Shown: positions 26,506 through 39,477, counted from the first letter of the whole stretch. The stretch: 63,659 nt of DNA, filler included, from Bigelowiella natans CCMP2755 (GCA_000320545.1; 7 parts of 7 records of this genome joined end to end with filler, not necessarily neighbours in it); one strand, 5' to 3'. Translations and numbers: made by a program. The notes: generated from the letters alone by a model not told the origin.

Positions 26506-27274
26506 TTATACTTATTTGTCTCCGCTGTTACTGGTGTGTGTCCATCATGCATTTGAATGCATTATGTGTCGCACATGTCGTACTACTGCGCGCAGAGCAC
26601 ATATTGGAGCCGTTCTAGCGTTCTAGCGTTGTGCAGTGTAATGTGAGATGAATATCATTGTTAACAATGGGATCGATGACTGCGCGAGACGACATGCGTA
26701 ACAAATGATGAAGCAATCGACGCGCACGTACGACATTTCTACAGATTTAAAAAATGACAACCATCTTTCTGTTCGTCGATCCCTGCTAGCCTGACACACT
26801 GAGCTAGCTAGTGAGTGCCGCCTAGCTAGCTGGCTAGACGACATTTTCATTTGGTGGATGATAAATAAACAACATCTAGATGTGTGTGCGTAACACACGT
26901 AGACACGCGGACTTATATTTGATACACGTACATACTACTTACCACAACTAGACACGCTAGGAAGTGGCTAGTCATCGAAAGAGCTGCACACACATAGTTT
27001 ATGTGCATGCCGCGTCTGCAACAACGATGTACGCTGCGCGCATCATATGCTGGAGCAAGTGCGCTGCTAAGAATGTCTGTGGCGTTTCGTACGTAACGTA
27101 ACTAGCACTTTAGGAGCAAAGAAGTGCCATGATCATCGTTTTGTCAGTTTTGTTGAGACATGAAAATTAATAATCTATTTTTCAGTATTGAATCCTCTAT
27201 TCATTGCAGATACGATGTCTCTGACTTTCCCGCCTGCCCCCCCCTCTTCCTATACTTTAGCAACCCTTTGCTTA

Positions 27275-28837
27275 TCAAAGTTTGGCGGGGGGTTCCTTGT
27301 GTTCATGATGCACGCTACGCATCGTAACAAACTCCTCGGCGGACGTCGGGTGGATGCCGATAGTAGAGTCGAGCTGCTTCTTGGTGACTCCCATCCTCAT
27401 CGCAACGGAGAATCCCTGCATGATCTCCCCTGCCGCATGGCCGACCATGTGCATCCCGACCACCTGATCGGTGTGCGTAGCGACGATAATCTTCATGAAA
27501 GCCTTGTCAGATGCACCTGAGACACGGTTCTTCAGTGGAGTGAACGAGCTTTGATAGACCTTGATCCCGCCATAGATCTTGCGCGCTTGGTCCTCGGTGA
27601 AGCCACATGTTCCGAGGTTAGGGTGAGAGAAGACGGCAGTCGCAACGAATTCCCTATCAGCGCGGCGAACGTACCCACCGAATTGCGTGTCAGCAAAGCA
27701 GTGGCCCTCATGGAGAGCTACAGGTGTGAGCTGCATCGTCGGCGTGCAATCCCCACAGGCATAGATGTTGGGGACGTTTGTCTTCTGCCACTCGTCCACG
27801 AGGATGTATCCCTTCTCCATCTTCACGCCAACCTTATCGAGGCCGATGGTAGAGGTCTTCGGGAGTCTCCCGGCAGCAGCCATGACTTGATCCGCCATGA
27901 TGACCTTACCGGTGTCAAGCGTGACCTCAAGGCCATCCTCCTTTTTGACTATCTTGACTACGTTAGCTCCGGTTTCCATCTTGATCCCAGATTTCACCAA
28001 CTCCTCCTGTAGAAAGTGTCGGCAATCGTCGTCGAACCCGCGCAGAATGGACTTCTTTCGAATCACCATGGTCACTTCACTGCCGTACCCATGAAAGATG
28101 CCTGCAAACTCGACTCCGATGTAGCCAGCACCGATGATAACCACACGTTTGGGCTGCTCTTTAAGAAAGAACACTTCATTGCTCGTGATCAGATGCTCTG
28201 AACCTTCAAACTTCATCTGTCGGGGCCAGCCACCGACACAAACCATGATTTTATCAGCGGTGACTTTACGGTCAGCAAGCTGCACTGTGTGTGCATCCAG
28301 AAGCGAGGCTTTGGACTTAAAGATCTCAACGCCTGCGTGGGTTAGTTATACGAGGATTAGATGCTGACCGCAAAAGCCATAGAATTTTCTTCGCTTTAAA
28401 CCAACCTGCTTTTTTCAGGACAAATGTCTCGTAGATGCCATTGAGTCTGTTAATCTCTTTATCTTTGTTGCTGAACGTGTAGGCAAAAATAACCATGCTT
28501 TATCCTCCAACCAAGAATGGACGTGCTCATATTTTCTAACACCACACCACCAACTGCACTACCTTATCAGCCTACTCCAGTCTGCTGTTCCTTGCTTTGT
28601 ATCCCATCCGAAACCGTGTCCCTCAGCCGCCCCGCGGCCATACTCAGAGCCGTAGACCATCAATTTTTTGGGAACACATCCAACGTTGACGCAAGTCCCT
28701 CCGAGACCGACAGCGCCATCGTCTGCCAGGGCCACCTTCGCCCCATGTCCCGAGGCGATGCGCGATGCGCGAACACCACCGGAACCGCCCCCGATGACGA
28801 AGAGGTCGTAATCATAGTTGTGTTTTTTATCACCCAT
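27275..28837 (-). CDS. GSR: Glutathione reductase (class I pyridine nucleotide-disulphide oxidoreductase), 3 exons, C-terminal AKL
   Basis: Exons are 28563-28837, 28406-28470 and 27275-28332. Motifs seen: YDLFVIGGGSGG, GGTCVNVGCVPKK (redox-active disulphide), GAGYIGVE and IGIHPTSAEEF. The protein ends PPAKL*. Confidence 0.95.
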
Positions 28838-29685
28838 GTTTTCGTCGTCTTCTGTACGATGGAAAGAAGTACGGATATTAGCTTAGAAATGGGAAGTGTT
28901 GGTTCTCATGTGACAACACAGGACGCATGGAGGGGATAATGTCTCAGAAATTAAGTATAGAGACACACATCCGAGTTTACAGGTAATGTTATCGCTCGTT
29001 GGAGAGTGGCAAAATTTGTTATTCGCAGAGGAGGATGATACTTTGAGGACACCTGTGCCTAGTTGCGTGCAGATTTTAGCTCCAAACGGTGCTCTTCGAA
29101 GTCCGTTTCCACCCCATTTTATGCGAAATTCAGCCGATCTTGCTCGTTATGCCGTAGAGCAGAGGCCACAACCACTTTTTTCCTCTCATGTTGGAATTCA
29201 TATCTCCTGAAAAAACCTGTTCCCAAGATTTTGAGAAAGATTTTTGTCAAGATGCAATTTTCATTATTGGCAAGAAATTTTGCGAGTCGCCACCAACAAA
29301 TATGTGCGGATTTTATGAGCTTCCAAACTTCGTTGCTTCCTCGCTTCCATTCCCATCTGGGCCGATCACCCGGTAGTATCACAATGCCGGGATGCCGATC
29401 ATTTTGCTGTAAAAGGTGTCGTATTCATCAGCTTGCTGGAGAGCCCAGGTGCTTCCTCTGGTTTACGATAAATTCATAGTCGCATTATTGGATTATATTA
29501 CATTTTCTGTCCCTGTAAGGAGGGTACTCTGATGCTAATGCACACACGAAAGACAATATTATCAGGATTTACCTGCAAAGTTGACATACGACAACGCAAA
29601 TATAGAGAATTTGGGATTTGTTCCACGGTACGCGCGTTGGAATATCATAAACTGCTATCCGCCCCTCGGTGAAAACACTCCGAGC

Positions 29686-31061
29686 ATGGACTTGTACACG
29701 TCGATTCGCAACGCCACTGTGGGTGGATGCATCTTGGGCCTTTCCACTTCAGCTTATCTTGCCCTGGTGGGCCGCGTGACCGGGATGTCTGGCTCTCTCA
29801 GGACCGCCTACCTCTCCCTCACGAAGCAGGCATTAATTAATTAACATTCCTGGTTCGAGCCGACTCATCCATCCACTGTGCATTCTCATCAGAAATCAAG
29901 CGATGCTCTGCACATCATATACGTTGGTGGCCTGTTCTTGGGAGGTATGATCTTCCAATATGACCATCCCCCCCCTTCGTCTAGAATTGTCGTTGGATTT
30001 AATGTGTTCACATATAACCCAGGGGCTGGGGTGAGGATGCTGATACCATCTGCCCTTGAAAACGGTAACATCCCTCCGAGAGGAGGAGATGCATTATGAT
30101 GTAAAGTAAATCTTTATCAAACTCAGATTATATTTGGCTTGATTTGACAGGAGGATACGGATCACTCATGCTGATTGCTGGAGGGGTTCTGACAGGAATG
30201 GGTACCACAATCGGACACGGATGCACCTCTGGTAATGTCCTTCTCCCTTCTTATTTTGCCAGGAAAATAAATAGTGAGTCGTTATTGTTACGTGGGATTT
30301 TGATGGCTGATACTCCAATGGTGTCCCACCCGCACACCACCTTCCATCGTCATCACCATCATTATCATCGTTGCCATCATCACTGTGATATGTTGGGATA
30401 AAATCAAAGGCCATGGACTCTGTGGGTTAGCACGACTCTCCAAGCGGTCCCTCCTCGGCGTTGTTTCCTTCTTCAGCACTGGTACGCGTGCATAAGTTAG
30501 AAACGACTATTGATGCTCTTTAATACGACGATGACGAAGAGGTGATCTGATCTTTCTTCATCTGCAACCTTATCCCCTTCGGTAGGGCTTCTGACGGCTA
30601 CCGTATTACATCCGTTTTTCCATAAGGTGCAGCATTGTTACATTTCTACCTTTGCATCGCCTATCTCGCATCATTGACTCGTGACGATCTCTTATCAGAA
30701 CTGGGTTCCAACAAGGACTCAGCCTTCTCTCGTCCCTGTGCACGACACCCTGCCAGTATCGGTCATCTTGGGGGCATTCTTGACTCTATATGGCTTCACA
30801 CAAACCGAGGTAGATGTACTACCCAACATCGTATCGTTTCTCATCATCTTCAAGAACGAACCTTTGGTGTTATGGCGATGAGTATTTCGTGTGGACAGAG
30901 ATCGCGATGACGTAATAAATTGTGGACATTATATCCCCCCATTCATCCCAGATTTCGCGGGGTCTGGCGGCTAGTTTTTGCTCCATCTTATTCGCGTTTG
31001 GGCTTGGTATTTCCGGTATGCTCCAGCCGACAAAGATCCATGGATTCTTGGCGTTGACAAC
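29686..31061 (+). CDS. YeeE/YedE (TsuA-like) sulfur-compound transporter with both halves fused; 3' end lost in the gap
   Basis: Reads TVGGCILGLSTSAYLALVGRVTGMSG, LIAGGVLTGMGTTIGHGCTSG|HGLCGLARLSKRSL and FAFGLGISGMLQPTKIHGFL. These are YeeE/YedE hallmark motifs (GRIxGxSG, GCTSGHGxCG, GLxISGM.P.K..GFL). Confidence 0.88.
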
Positions 31062-31109
31062 GTGCCGAAAATTGAGACTTACACCTCCATCCTATCCCCG
31101 CCCCCTGTT

Positions 31110-31149
<40 letters not shown>

Positions 31150-31390
31150 AGAGTGGGCGTTGCCGCGGGATCATGTTACACATNNNNNNNNNNNNNNNNN
31201 NNNNNNNNNNNNNNNNNNNNNNNNNNNTTAATTAATTAANNNNNNNNNNNNNNNNNNNNNNNNNNNNNNNNNNNNNNNNNNNNTATATATATATATATAT
31301 ATATATATATGCAATATACGCATTTATCATTAACCGGTGGCGGTGGTGGTGGTGTGATCGCTCTCATGCTGTTTTGCGACCCCCCCCCCA

Positions 31391-32437
31391 GGCCAACAGG
31401 ACTTAGACGTCATCCTCGGCAAGCTTCGCTCCCCGGGGCCATGCAGTTGTTTATGGCTCATACGCTACTGGTAACGGGAGGGGGGAGGGGGGGGGGTCTC
31501 CTTGAATGGAGGTGGAGTTAATAGAGAAGGTGTAGCGTCCATGAACGTAAAAACGTGATGTGATTGGATCAGGCAATTCGGCTCTAGGCTGGCACTTTAC
31601 TACCAGAGCGACGTCGAGAACGATGGGCGAAGCAGCAGTTCCGCTATTCAGTCCAATGATAAAAAAAACAGTGGTGCTACCGCCTCTCCCTCCTCCTCCT
31701 CCTCCTCCTCCTCCTCCTCCTCTTGCCCCCCCTCCCGGCTTCCAAACATCGATCTAGCGGAGGCATTCCTGATGTTCTTCGAGTCCGTCGCCGAGTTTGA
31801 TGCTTCGGAGGACGTGATTAACGCGTGCCCGCCTCCCTTCGCAGCCTCCCCGTCGTCGCCGCCGCGCTGGATGCAGTTTTGGGATAGGGGCAGGAAGCGC
31901 GAGACGGCCTTCCAGGCGGACCCTGTCGTGGTAAGCTAGTAGGAGAGCCAACGACACAACATCCATCATCACGAGAGAAATGAAACGCAGCCGCTCGATC
32001 GCCTGTCATGTTGATGAAGACGCCGGCGCAGCGTCATGTGTTTTGCGCTGATTTCTTCTTATATTTGAACTACAACATCAACAAAAACCGTGCAGGTCAT
32101 CGACCCCACCGACCCAGCGAACAACATCGCGCGGTCGTGCTTCCGATTCGCCGACGTGCAGGGCGCTCTCCGGCTCGCTCTGCGTCGGCTGCGGGCGGCG
32201 GCTGCGCAATGGCAGAATGAGCGGGAGGGGCGGAAGTCGAGGGAGAAGATGGCTTCTATTGCGCAAGGACGCGAGATGGGTGCCAATCGTAGTGTGGAGG
32301 GGGGGGGCGAGAGGGACGATATCGACGATGTAAAGTCGATCTCCCGGCTGCGGCCCTCGTCCCTGCCATCACAAACCACCTTCGAGCTGCTCCCAGCTAC
32401 ATTCTCAACGGCTGTGTTAGAAGACTGTGAGCGATGA
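31391..32437 (+). CDS. Non-canonical poly(A) polymerase / Trf4-Cid1-like nucleotidyltransferase (partial, middle exons missing)
   Basis: VYGSYATG and LALYYQSDVE resemble the NTase motif GS...SD.D. LAEAFLMFFESVAEFD and VIDPTDPANNIARSCFRFADVQGAL resemble the PAP-associated domain. Confidence 0.7.
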
Positions 32438-32760
32438 GAATGTGCTGCTGCATGCTACATGCTGAATTAATGGCAGTCGTTTGATCGGCTCTGGGAAGAA
32501 ATCAGCGCACACGTGCACGCATCTGTGTGTCGTCGGCAAGCGGAAGAGCGTATGTGTAGGTACGCATCTCAACACATGATGATTTGCATGTGTTAATGAA
32601 ATTATATATATGACGACGCAATGATTTGTTGTATCTGAATGTATTGAACATGGCACATGCTAGCATGTGCCCGCAAATCTATTCGCGAACAATGATGTGT
32701 TCATAGCGTAGCTAATAATCTTGCGAGAATTTTAGTCCCACGCACTAGCGTACATGTATG

Positions 32761-32866
32761 CAAACAAACAGATGCAATTTAAGCGCTGTAGCCGCTGCAT
32801 TGCACAGCTACATTAGGATGACCATTGAAAAAATTTAAACATTTCATTACATCCGTCTCACATGTA
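32761..32866 (-). repeat. Dispersed 3'-spacer repeat, copy 2
   Basis: caaacaaacagatgcaatttaagcgctgtagccgctgcattgcacagctacattaggatgaccattgaaaaaatttaaacatttcattacatccgtctcaca aligns over about 105 nt with the reverse complement of 61000-61103. Confidence 0.9.
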
Positions 32867-33460
32867 TGCCAGCCAGTCTAGCAATGCAGAGTGGTCAATA
32901 AGACAAGACACTACTGGACAAATCTAGACAACATGGTCTTTTTTCCGCTCTCATTGCGCATGCTAGCATGCGCAAACATCATCGGCAGCTGCAACGCCGC
33001 GCGTCTGCGCTTCATCATATCGTCCAGCAGAGGCGGCAGCGCGCTGACTACACGCATTCAGAGGACACGAAAAATTTTCGTTCAGAATCGCCCGCACTGC
33101 ATGCATGTCAGCGTTGCATTGGGATGTCGTAGAGTTGTAATTTATGATATTAGAATTATATTATATTTCACCAAGTATATACTAGTATAAGCGGTTTGGA
33201 TTCAAGTTCCAGATCAAAGGGCTAGTAAGTATGCCAGTATTTATCAGTACAGTTACATAGTAGCTATGATTATCATACCGTATCACGTATATCTATGCTT
33301 CGCTTCGTTCCATTCGTCGAAAGATATCCGGCCATTATTTTCCGGAAAGCTTGAGAGCACCAAGGGCTGTCGCCACCACCAACCGCCCGGTACAGCAACC
33401 CTGCTTTCATCCTTGGAATGGAAGATCCACGTTCGAGTTAATAAGGCCTCCTCTCCTCAT

Positions 33461-34929
33461 TCAGATCTCGCCAGCTTGGACGTTGGGTCTGCCAACGACG
33501 CAGAGGTAGAGCCACGTGCACGATGCGAACATGCTCATCCAAGCCGCGAAGTAGCCGTTCCTGACGAGGAAAAGGTCATTATTGCCACGGTGAGACGAGC
33601 ACGATGTGTGCTGAAATTTGATACTGGGAAAATGAGTGTGGAGAAGATGTGCTGCTAGCGAACAAAGGTTATTCTCTTTGGCATGACACAGCAGCATTGT
33701 GGTGCTAATACGAAACAATCGCCTGCGAGTCGCTCTCCTCTAGCAGTAGCAGCAGCAGCAGCAGCAGCAGCAGCAGCTGCAGAATGACGACAAACGTAGT
33801 ACCCAGGAACGGTGAAGGGCTTGTCGAAGGTGAGGATTCCCGCAGCCGTTATCCACAATATCGACATAATCGCAGCGGTGAACTAATGTTGGTTTGAGAA
33901 GGGGGGGAGGGGGGGGAGCGTCGAAGGGGTTATGGATGGATGATGATGACCACCAATGTTGATGATGACGGGCACATTTCGAATTCTAAAGATAATTGGC
34001 GCTTATTTGAGAATCATTGGAACGAAAGCGCTGTTGATCGCTCCCCCCCCCCCCCCTTCCCTCTGGAGGAAGACCCATCATCAATGTGGTTTCGCAGCGG
34101 GTAAAAGAAAAGTTCTCACGATCTCATTCCATTATGTTTTAGGCGAAAGACCGAGCGTGCGCAATAGGGCACGTGAATGATACATATATCAATCAACATC
34201 GTAGAATCATGGAGAACAGTAATAGTAGGAGATACACTGATGGTATGAGGGTGGCTATGGATGATTTCCCCAGCTACAACAGCGACATTAGGGTCAAGTT
34301 CGCATATCAATGACTTACAATAGTATAGGGAGAAAGAGCAGCCGAGAACATGTGAGCAAGGCCAGCACAGATGGAGATAATAGAGACCGAGATCCCGAAT
34401 GCTATGTGTGCCGGTTGCCATTAGTATCATCACATCTTGCATATATTTTGGAAAGCTGTAAGGAGAAGGAGGAAGGTTCTATGCTCACTGGGTATTTGGA
34501 TTTCTCATCGCTAAGACTCATTTTGACCTTGGAATATTAACATATGTATATCTTACGGCTCTCAGTATCTTCTACTATCATAATTGCAACTACCGATTTC
34601 TCGATTATAACAAACAATAATAATAATAATAAATAACAATAATGATAATACCAATACTAATTATGATAATATTACTACAACTAATTAATAGTACATGTTT
34701 GGGATCCGCATTCTCTTTGTTTACACTGGAGAGAAGCTGCAATTAGCTCCATCATGGAGGAGATTAGCAGTACCCAGATCACACCGGAATGCTGGGACAT
34801 CTCCTTTAGACGGTCCGCCACCATCATACGGAGGGTTCTGCATACATACGAGGGAAAAGGTGCATCCATGGGAGGGGGGGGGGGATCGGAATTTGAACAA
34901 CACGGACAAAGCACAGGGAAAGAGAAGAG

Positions 34930-34971
<42 letters not shown>

Positions 34972-35518
34972 AGGGAGAGGGAGAAAGAGAAAAGAGCAAG
35001 AGACAGGTGAAGAAAATAGAGAAAGGCAGACGGCTACTCACTCGCTCGTCGTGTAGAGAAGTGCCGCAGATGCGATAAATGCGAGCCAGCATGCGAAGTA
35101 CCTATGCAAGAATAAGGACAAGATACGCGTTTTAAAACACATCTGCACATGCAATTTAGTGCGTGCTTATGTGCGTGTGGAGTAGGACGATCAGAGATTG
35201 TTTGGACACTACTACTGACCCATTTCCAGTAGCTGCGAAGGGCTCATCAAATGTCAGGACGCCAACGCCCAGCAGCCAGAGAGTGGAGAGGAATAGTGCG
35301 AACCAAACCTCTGATATATTTAACACACACACACAGAGAGAGAGAGAGAGGGGGGGGGGGAAGGAGCGAGAATGATAAAATATGAGAGCTGAATAACATT
35401 TCTATGTCACAGCGGGTATTAAAACATAGGAGGGTCACTGGGATTCTCTCAGTTGCTCTCAGTTGTTGTTTGACCGCCAATCAACACACCAGGAAACACA
35501 TCTCTTGCCCTGTTCTCT

Positions 35519-35571
<53 letters not shown>

Positions 35572-36030
35572 GGCCCATATATATATAGCTGCTGAATCAT
35601 AACCCACCCTCTTAAATAATTGAATGTTGCTTGCCTTCTTACCGATGGATTGCAGAATCTGCTTGGAGAACTTCGCCATGAGAATGTAGAGGATGGACAC
35701 CGCGAGAGAGAGTGTGCCCACGCTCACTGCCCACGCAAACTCACCGCTGCACTTACTATTGTCATTGCACTCCTTGCCTGCCGATATCAGCTCGACCAGC
35801 GACGCAAGGAAGATTATGAAAGCGAGAATCCCGACTGAAAACTCCTAAAAATTTGGATGGAGAGTTGCGTTCATCAGCAAGTTTCTGTACCCGTTAATAT
35901 CCTATAGAATAGGGAAATGTGAGCGAAATGTAGACTTCATGATCTCGCACACCTTGACGCCGATTTGTTCCGGCTGCTCAGCTCCTTCAACATCTTTGTA
36001 CTCGCCGTGCGCACCCTCTCCCTGCGGCAT
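33461..36030 (-). CDS. Multi-pass membrane protein with two internal repeats ending TFDxPF...GNGYFAxW
   Basis: Exons read FIIFLASLVELISAG..AWAVSVGTLSLAVSILY, LWLLGVGVLTFDEPFAATGNG|YFACWLAF, and a second repeat VLLISSMMELIAA..AFGISVSIISI..|FTAAIMSILWITAAGILTFDKPFTVPG|NGYFAAW. Confidence 0.7.
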
Positions 36031-36699
36031 TGGAGGCTGGCTGCCCTCTGGACAATATGCAGATCGATAGAGGTCTCACTTATGTTTCTAGCGAATACCA
36101 CATGCACTCTTTGTTCAATGTAAATTAGTTGGGCTGCTTTATGCTCTCAAAACAGGAAAACTGCGCAGCTCCGAACTTACACGATATGAGGTCTCATTGA
36201 ATTAAAAAGAAACTTAACTCGACAGCGCTATCGCATTTACTCAAAATAACCATCCGGATGTTGTTCTTCTTTTTAAAAAAAATGAGAAATTCCGCAGCAT
36301 AATGAATTGCAGTGTAGATCTAGATAGAGTTGGGGTGGGGAAGGCACCATCTGGATCTTCGTCAGGAACCCTCTGATGCATGTTTGATCTGTGGGGGAGG
36401 GGCTATTTTACCGTAAACGTCATAATTACCTTGTCGCTCCTTTTTAATTACCTTAATTCTCTAAAATTCCCAAATGTAGAATACTTTTTAATTTTCTAAG
36501 TTTCCTCATTTCTGCAGCATTAATATTTTGACGCAGTAAGAAAAACCCAAGTGTTTTAGCTCTATGTTGAGAGATATTTCTTCAGTATTCCTTGGGCTGT
36601 CGCGAGATTAAAAACACCTACTTTTCCATTTTGGCGAGTTGCCCAAAGCTGACTTGCAGCTTGACTTGCACACGGCGAAAGCTTGCTTGTTTCGGCGCC

Positions 36700-38084
36700 G
36701 AATGCTAGGGAGCGACAAGAGATATTCCTGAAATTATCGGTAAATGTAAATCCGTGTCGACTTGCCGAAAATGAGCACGAAATGCCTCTGGACGCTCGGA
36801 ACCTTTATTTCTGAGTAAATTCCAGCAAAAGCCAGGCCACTTCGTCGACTCCCTTCCCCAACGAGGAGACTCCCTTCCCCAACGAAGAGTCAAGATACTG
36901 CTACGCGCGCATAGGCCAAGGTCCAAGAACATCCACGCTATAGGAAAAGAATACGGACGCAACTGAATCGAAACCAAAAGATGCGTTTTAAAGAATGTCA
37001 TCTGCAGGATTGCCAGAAGAAGGTATCACGACTGTGGTTCCGCCACTGCCATTACTTTTTGTCCAAGAGATGAAGTGAGATTTTCTGGGTATTTTCAATG
37101 CGTACACTGCCACAGGCTCTCGCTAATCTCGAGTCGGAGAACCCTAGGTTAAAGCTTTGGGAAGGAAAAACGCTAAAACCACGGTTTGCTTCCCCTTTCA
37201 ACGGTACGAAATATTACAACATCACCCATGACAAGGACAGGGACAAAATCAGGTAGTAAGAGGCATTATTCTGATGAATAATTTGACATTTTCCCATTTG
37301 TGCGGACTTGCTAATTGAGGTTTGTGATTGTTTACAGCCAGCGCTCATACTCCCCTGACGTATCAGAATACATCACCCGCACGTTGCTCAGCAAAGAAAT
37401 CCATAAGCAGTATGAAGATGTCCTGGTCAATATGCGACGGAAGAAGGCGACGGAACGAATTGCTAGTCAATCTGCACCGTCAGCACCATTCAGGTGGGAA
37501 CAATGAACGATGTAACAAGACTAGTCCTGTCCTCATTATTATCATCATCATCCTTATCGTCATCGTAATCTTCTTCGCAATGAAGCGTGAAGAATGTCAG
37601 GCTTACACTTAAGGACATTGGGAGAAGCAGAGATCCGAGGGTCCAAAAACTTTACCAGCAGCTCATCGGCATTGCACTAAAAATCAAAGAAATCGTGAAC
37701 CTCATCCAGAATATACTGTTCTCTAAACCGCCCTCACCCCCCCCCGTTTCACCTTGCATCCGAGATATCGACTATGAGCCGAAGCATGAGTATTTCAATC
37801 ATCACTCCAATGATGAATCCTGTGATAATCATGTTTTACCTGAGAATTTCAATCGCTATAGCGATTGTGCAGAACACGCACTTGACATCAAGAGTGAATC
37901 TCAAAAGAAATTTGCTTCCATGGGACTAGATCCCATGTTTGATGGACCCCCCCCTAAAGTTAATCTCGAATGTCAATGGGGGGTTGGCTGGAGTGATCTT
38001 CCTATTCTTCCCATTGCTAGCGACGCTGCCGAAGACCCTGATGTTGTTGTTGAACCTGCTCGTAAAAAAATTAGATTTATTTAA
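36700..38084 (+). CDS. Hypothetical multi-exon protein
   Basis: In-phase exons read ALANLESENPRLKLWEG...DKIS|QRSYSPDVSEYITRTLL...APFR|LTLKDIGRSRDPRVQKLYQQ. The last exon ends PARKKIRFI*. The start is not resolved. Confidence 0.45.
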
Positions 38085-38195
38085 TATCACACGAAACAAA
38101 AAAAAACTTCTAAATGGAAAGTAAACAGCAGATGCATGACATGAGGAACATGGATGACACAATGGCAACCGCGACCCAAAACGCCGCGAATTTGA

Positions 38196-38260
38196 CTGCT
38201 ACTGCATCAGGATGACCGTTAAAATGATTTAATCACATCATTGCATCCGTTTCACATTTG
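38196..38260 (-). repeat. Dispersed 3'-spacer repeat, copy 3 (TA-converted)
   Basis: ctgcatcaggatgaccgttaaaatgatttaatcacatcattgcatccgtttcaca compared with copy 2, ctacattaggatgaccattgaaaaaatttaaacatttcattacatccgtctcaca. Confidence 0.8.
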
Positions 38261-38570
38261 TGCTCTAGCGCTGCTTGCTAGATATAGATGCAGCTACACA
38301 CTAAGAACCCGCTACTCATGCCAGTAGTGCATATAGTCAGTGAGTAGAGGTGCCGCACGTGGTGTAAATGCAGCAGCCGGCAGTCACGATGAGACGGAAG
38401 TAAGCGTACTCTTAGTTGTAGAACATGATGACGCAGCACGCTACAAAGGACGGGAGGAATTGCAAGCAGAGTACTTAGCTATAAAGCCACACGCGCAGCG
38501 TCTGTAAGAGCGCGTACGTTCCGCTTCGAATGCATCGATAAAGCAGCTATTCATTGCGTTTCCGCGCGAC

Positions 38571-38830
38571 TCATTCGTCGTATAAAACGCGCCAGAGGTA
38601 GTCGTTGAGAAACATTCCGTTCGGGTCGAGCTCCTCGCGCACCGCCTTGAAGTCCTGGAATCGCGGGTACAAGGGTTCCAGGTCCGCACGCCGTGCGAAA
38701 TGCAGCTTTCCCCAGTGCGGCCGCCCCGAGTACTTCTTCGCGATTTGCTCCAGCCCCTTGTCGAATACCGAGACTACGTCAGGCGGGCCGGATTGCGTCG
38801 GCGTTCCAAGGACGATCATAGAGATGACAC
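38571..38830 (-). CDS. Last exon of an FAD-linked aldonolactone oxidase (ALO/GULO/GLDH family)
   Basis: GLEQIAKKYSGRPHWGKLHF...LYPRFQDFKAVREELDPNGMFLNDYL matches the ALO-domain C-terminus (GRPHWGK, LDPxGxFxN). Confidence 0.85.
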
Positions 38831-39337
38831 CTGCGATAGAGAAGGGGGAGAGAGAGAAGGGGGGGGGGGGGGGGGAGAGGGGGTGGCGGGGGAATAGGGG
38901 AAAATCGTTAAAAAAAATCAAAGCTTGCCCGCTGGGGAAACCCATGAAGGCTTTTCCCGGTGACAAACCCCCCCCCCCCCACCCCCTCGGATTTTATGTC
39001 TTTTGTAGGAAGGGTAAAGGGGGCATGGTGTACGCCTAGCTAAGTCGCGCAAAAAGGAAGGTTTTTTTTAGTTTTATGGGAGGGGGAGAGTAGCGTAAGA
39101 GCCAGTGGGGTGGCGTGTGGGGGGGGTGGATTGTAGTGTCTGTGCTTGATGGACCTTTTTAGTGGTTTTTGAGGTTGGGGGGGGGGNNNNNNNNNNNNNN
39201 NNNNNNNNNNNNNNNNNNNNNNNNNNNNNNTTAATTAATTAANNNNNNNNNNNNNNNNNNNNNNNNNNNNNNNNNNNNNNNNNNNNTAGTTATACTGCTG
39301 TTATACTGTATCTGCTGCAAGGGGTTCAAACACATAT

Positions 39338-39389
<52 letters not shown>

Positions 39390-39445
39390 GGGGGGGGACG
39401 AGTGAGAAATAAAGTAATAAATCATACCTGCATATGCACGCTGTG

Positions 39446-39477
<32 letters not shown>

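Noticed and set aside
29833-29844. TTAATTAATTAA inside the YeeE/YedE gene without flanking Ns, creating a stop in exon 1
   Set aside because: It is identical to the scaffolding linker in all six gaps. It is most likely left over from gap filling, not a real nonsense mutation or motif.
36846-36890. Tandem 21-nt duplication gactcccttccccaacgagga
   Set aside because: There are only two units, in-frame length, probably in a coding exon. There are no spacers, so it is not CRISPR-like.
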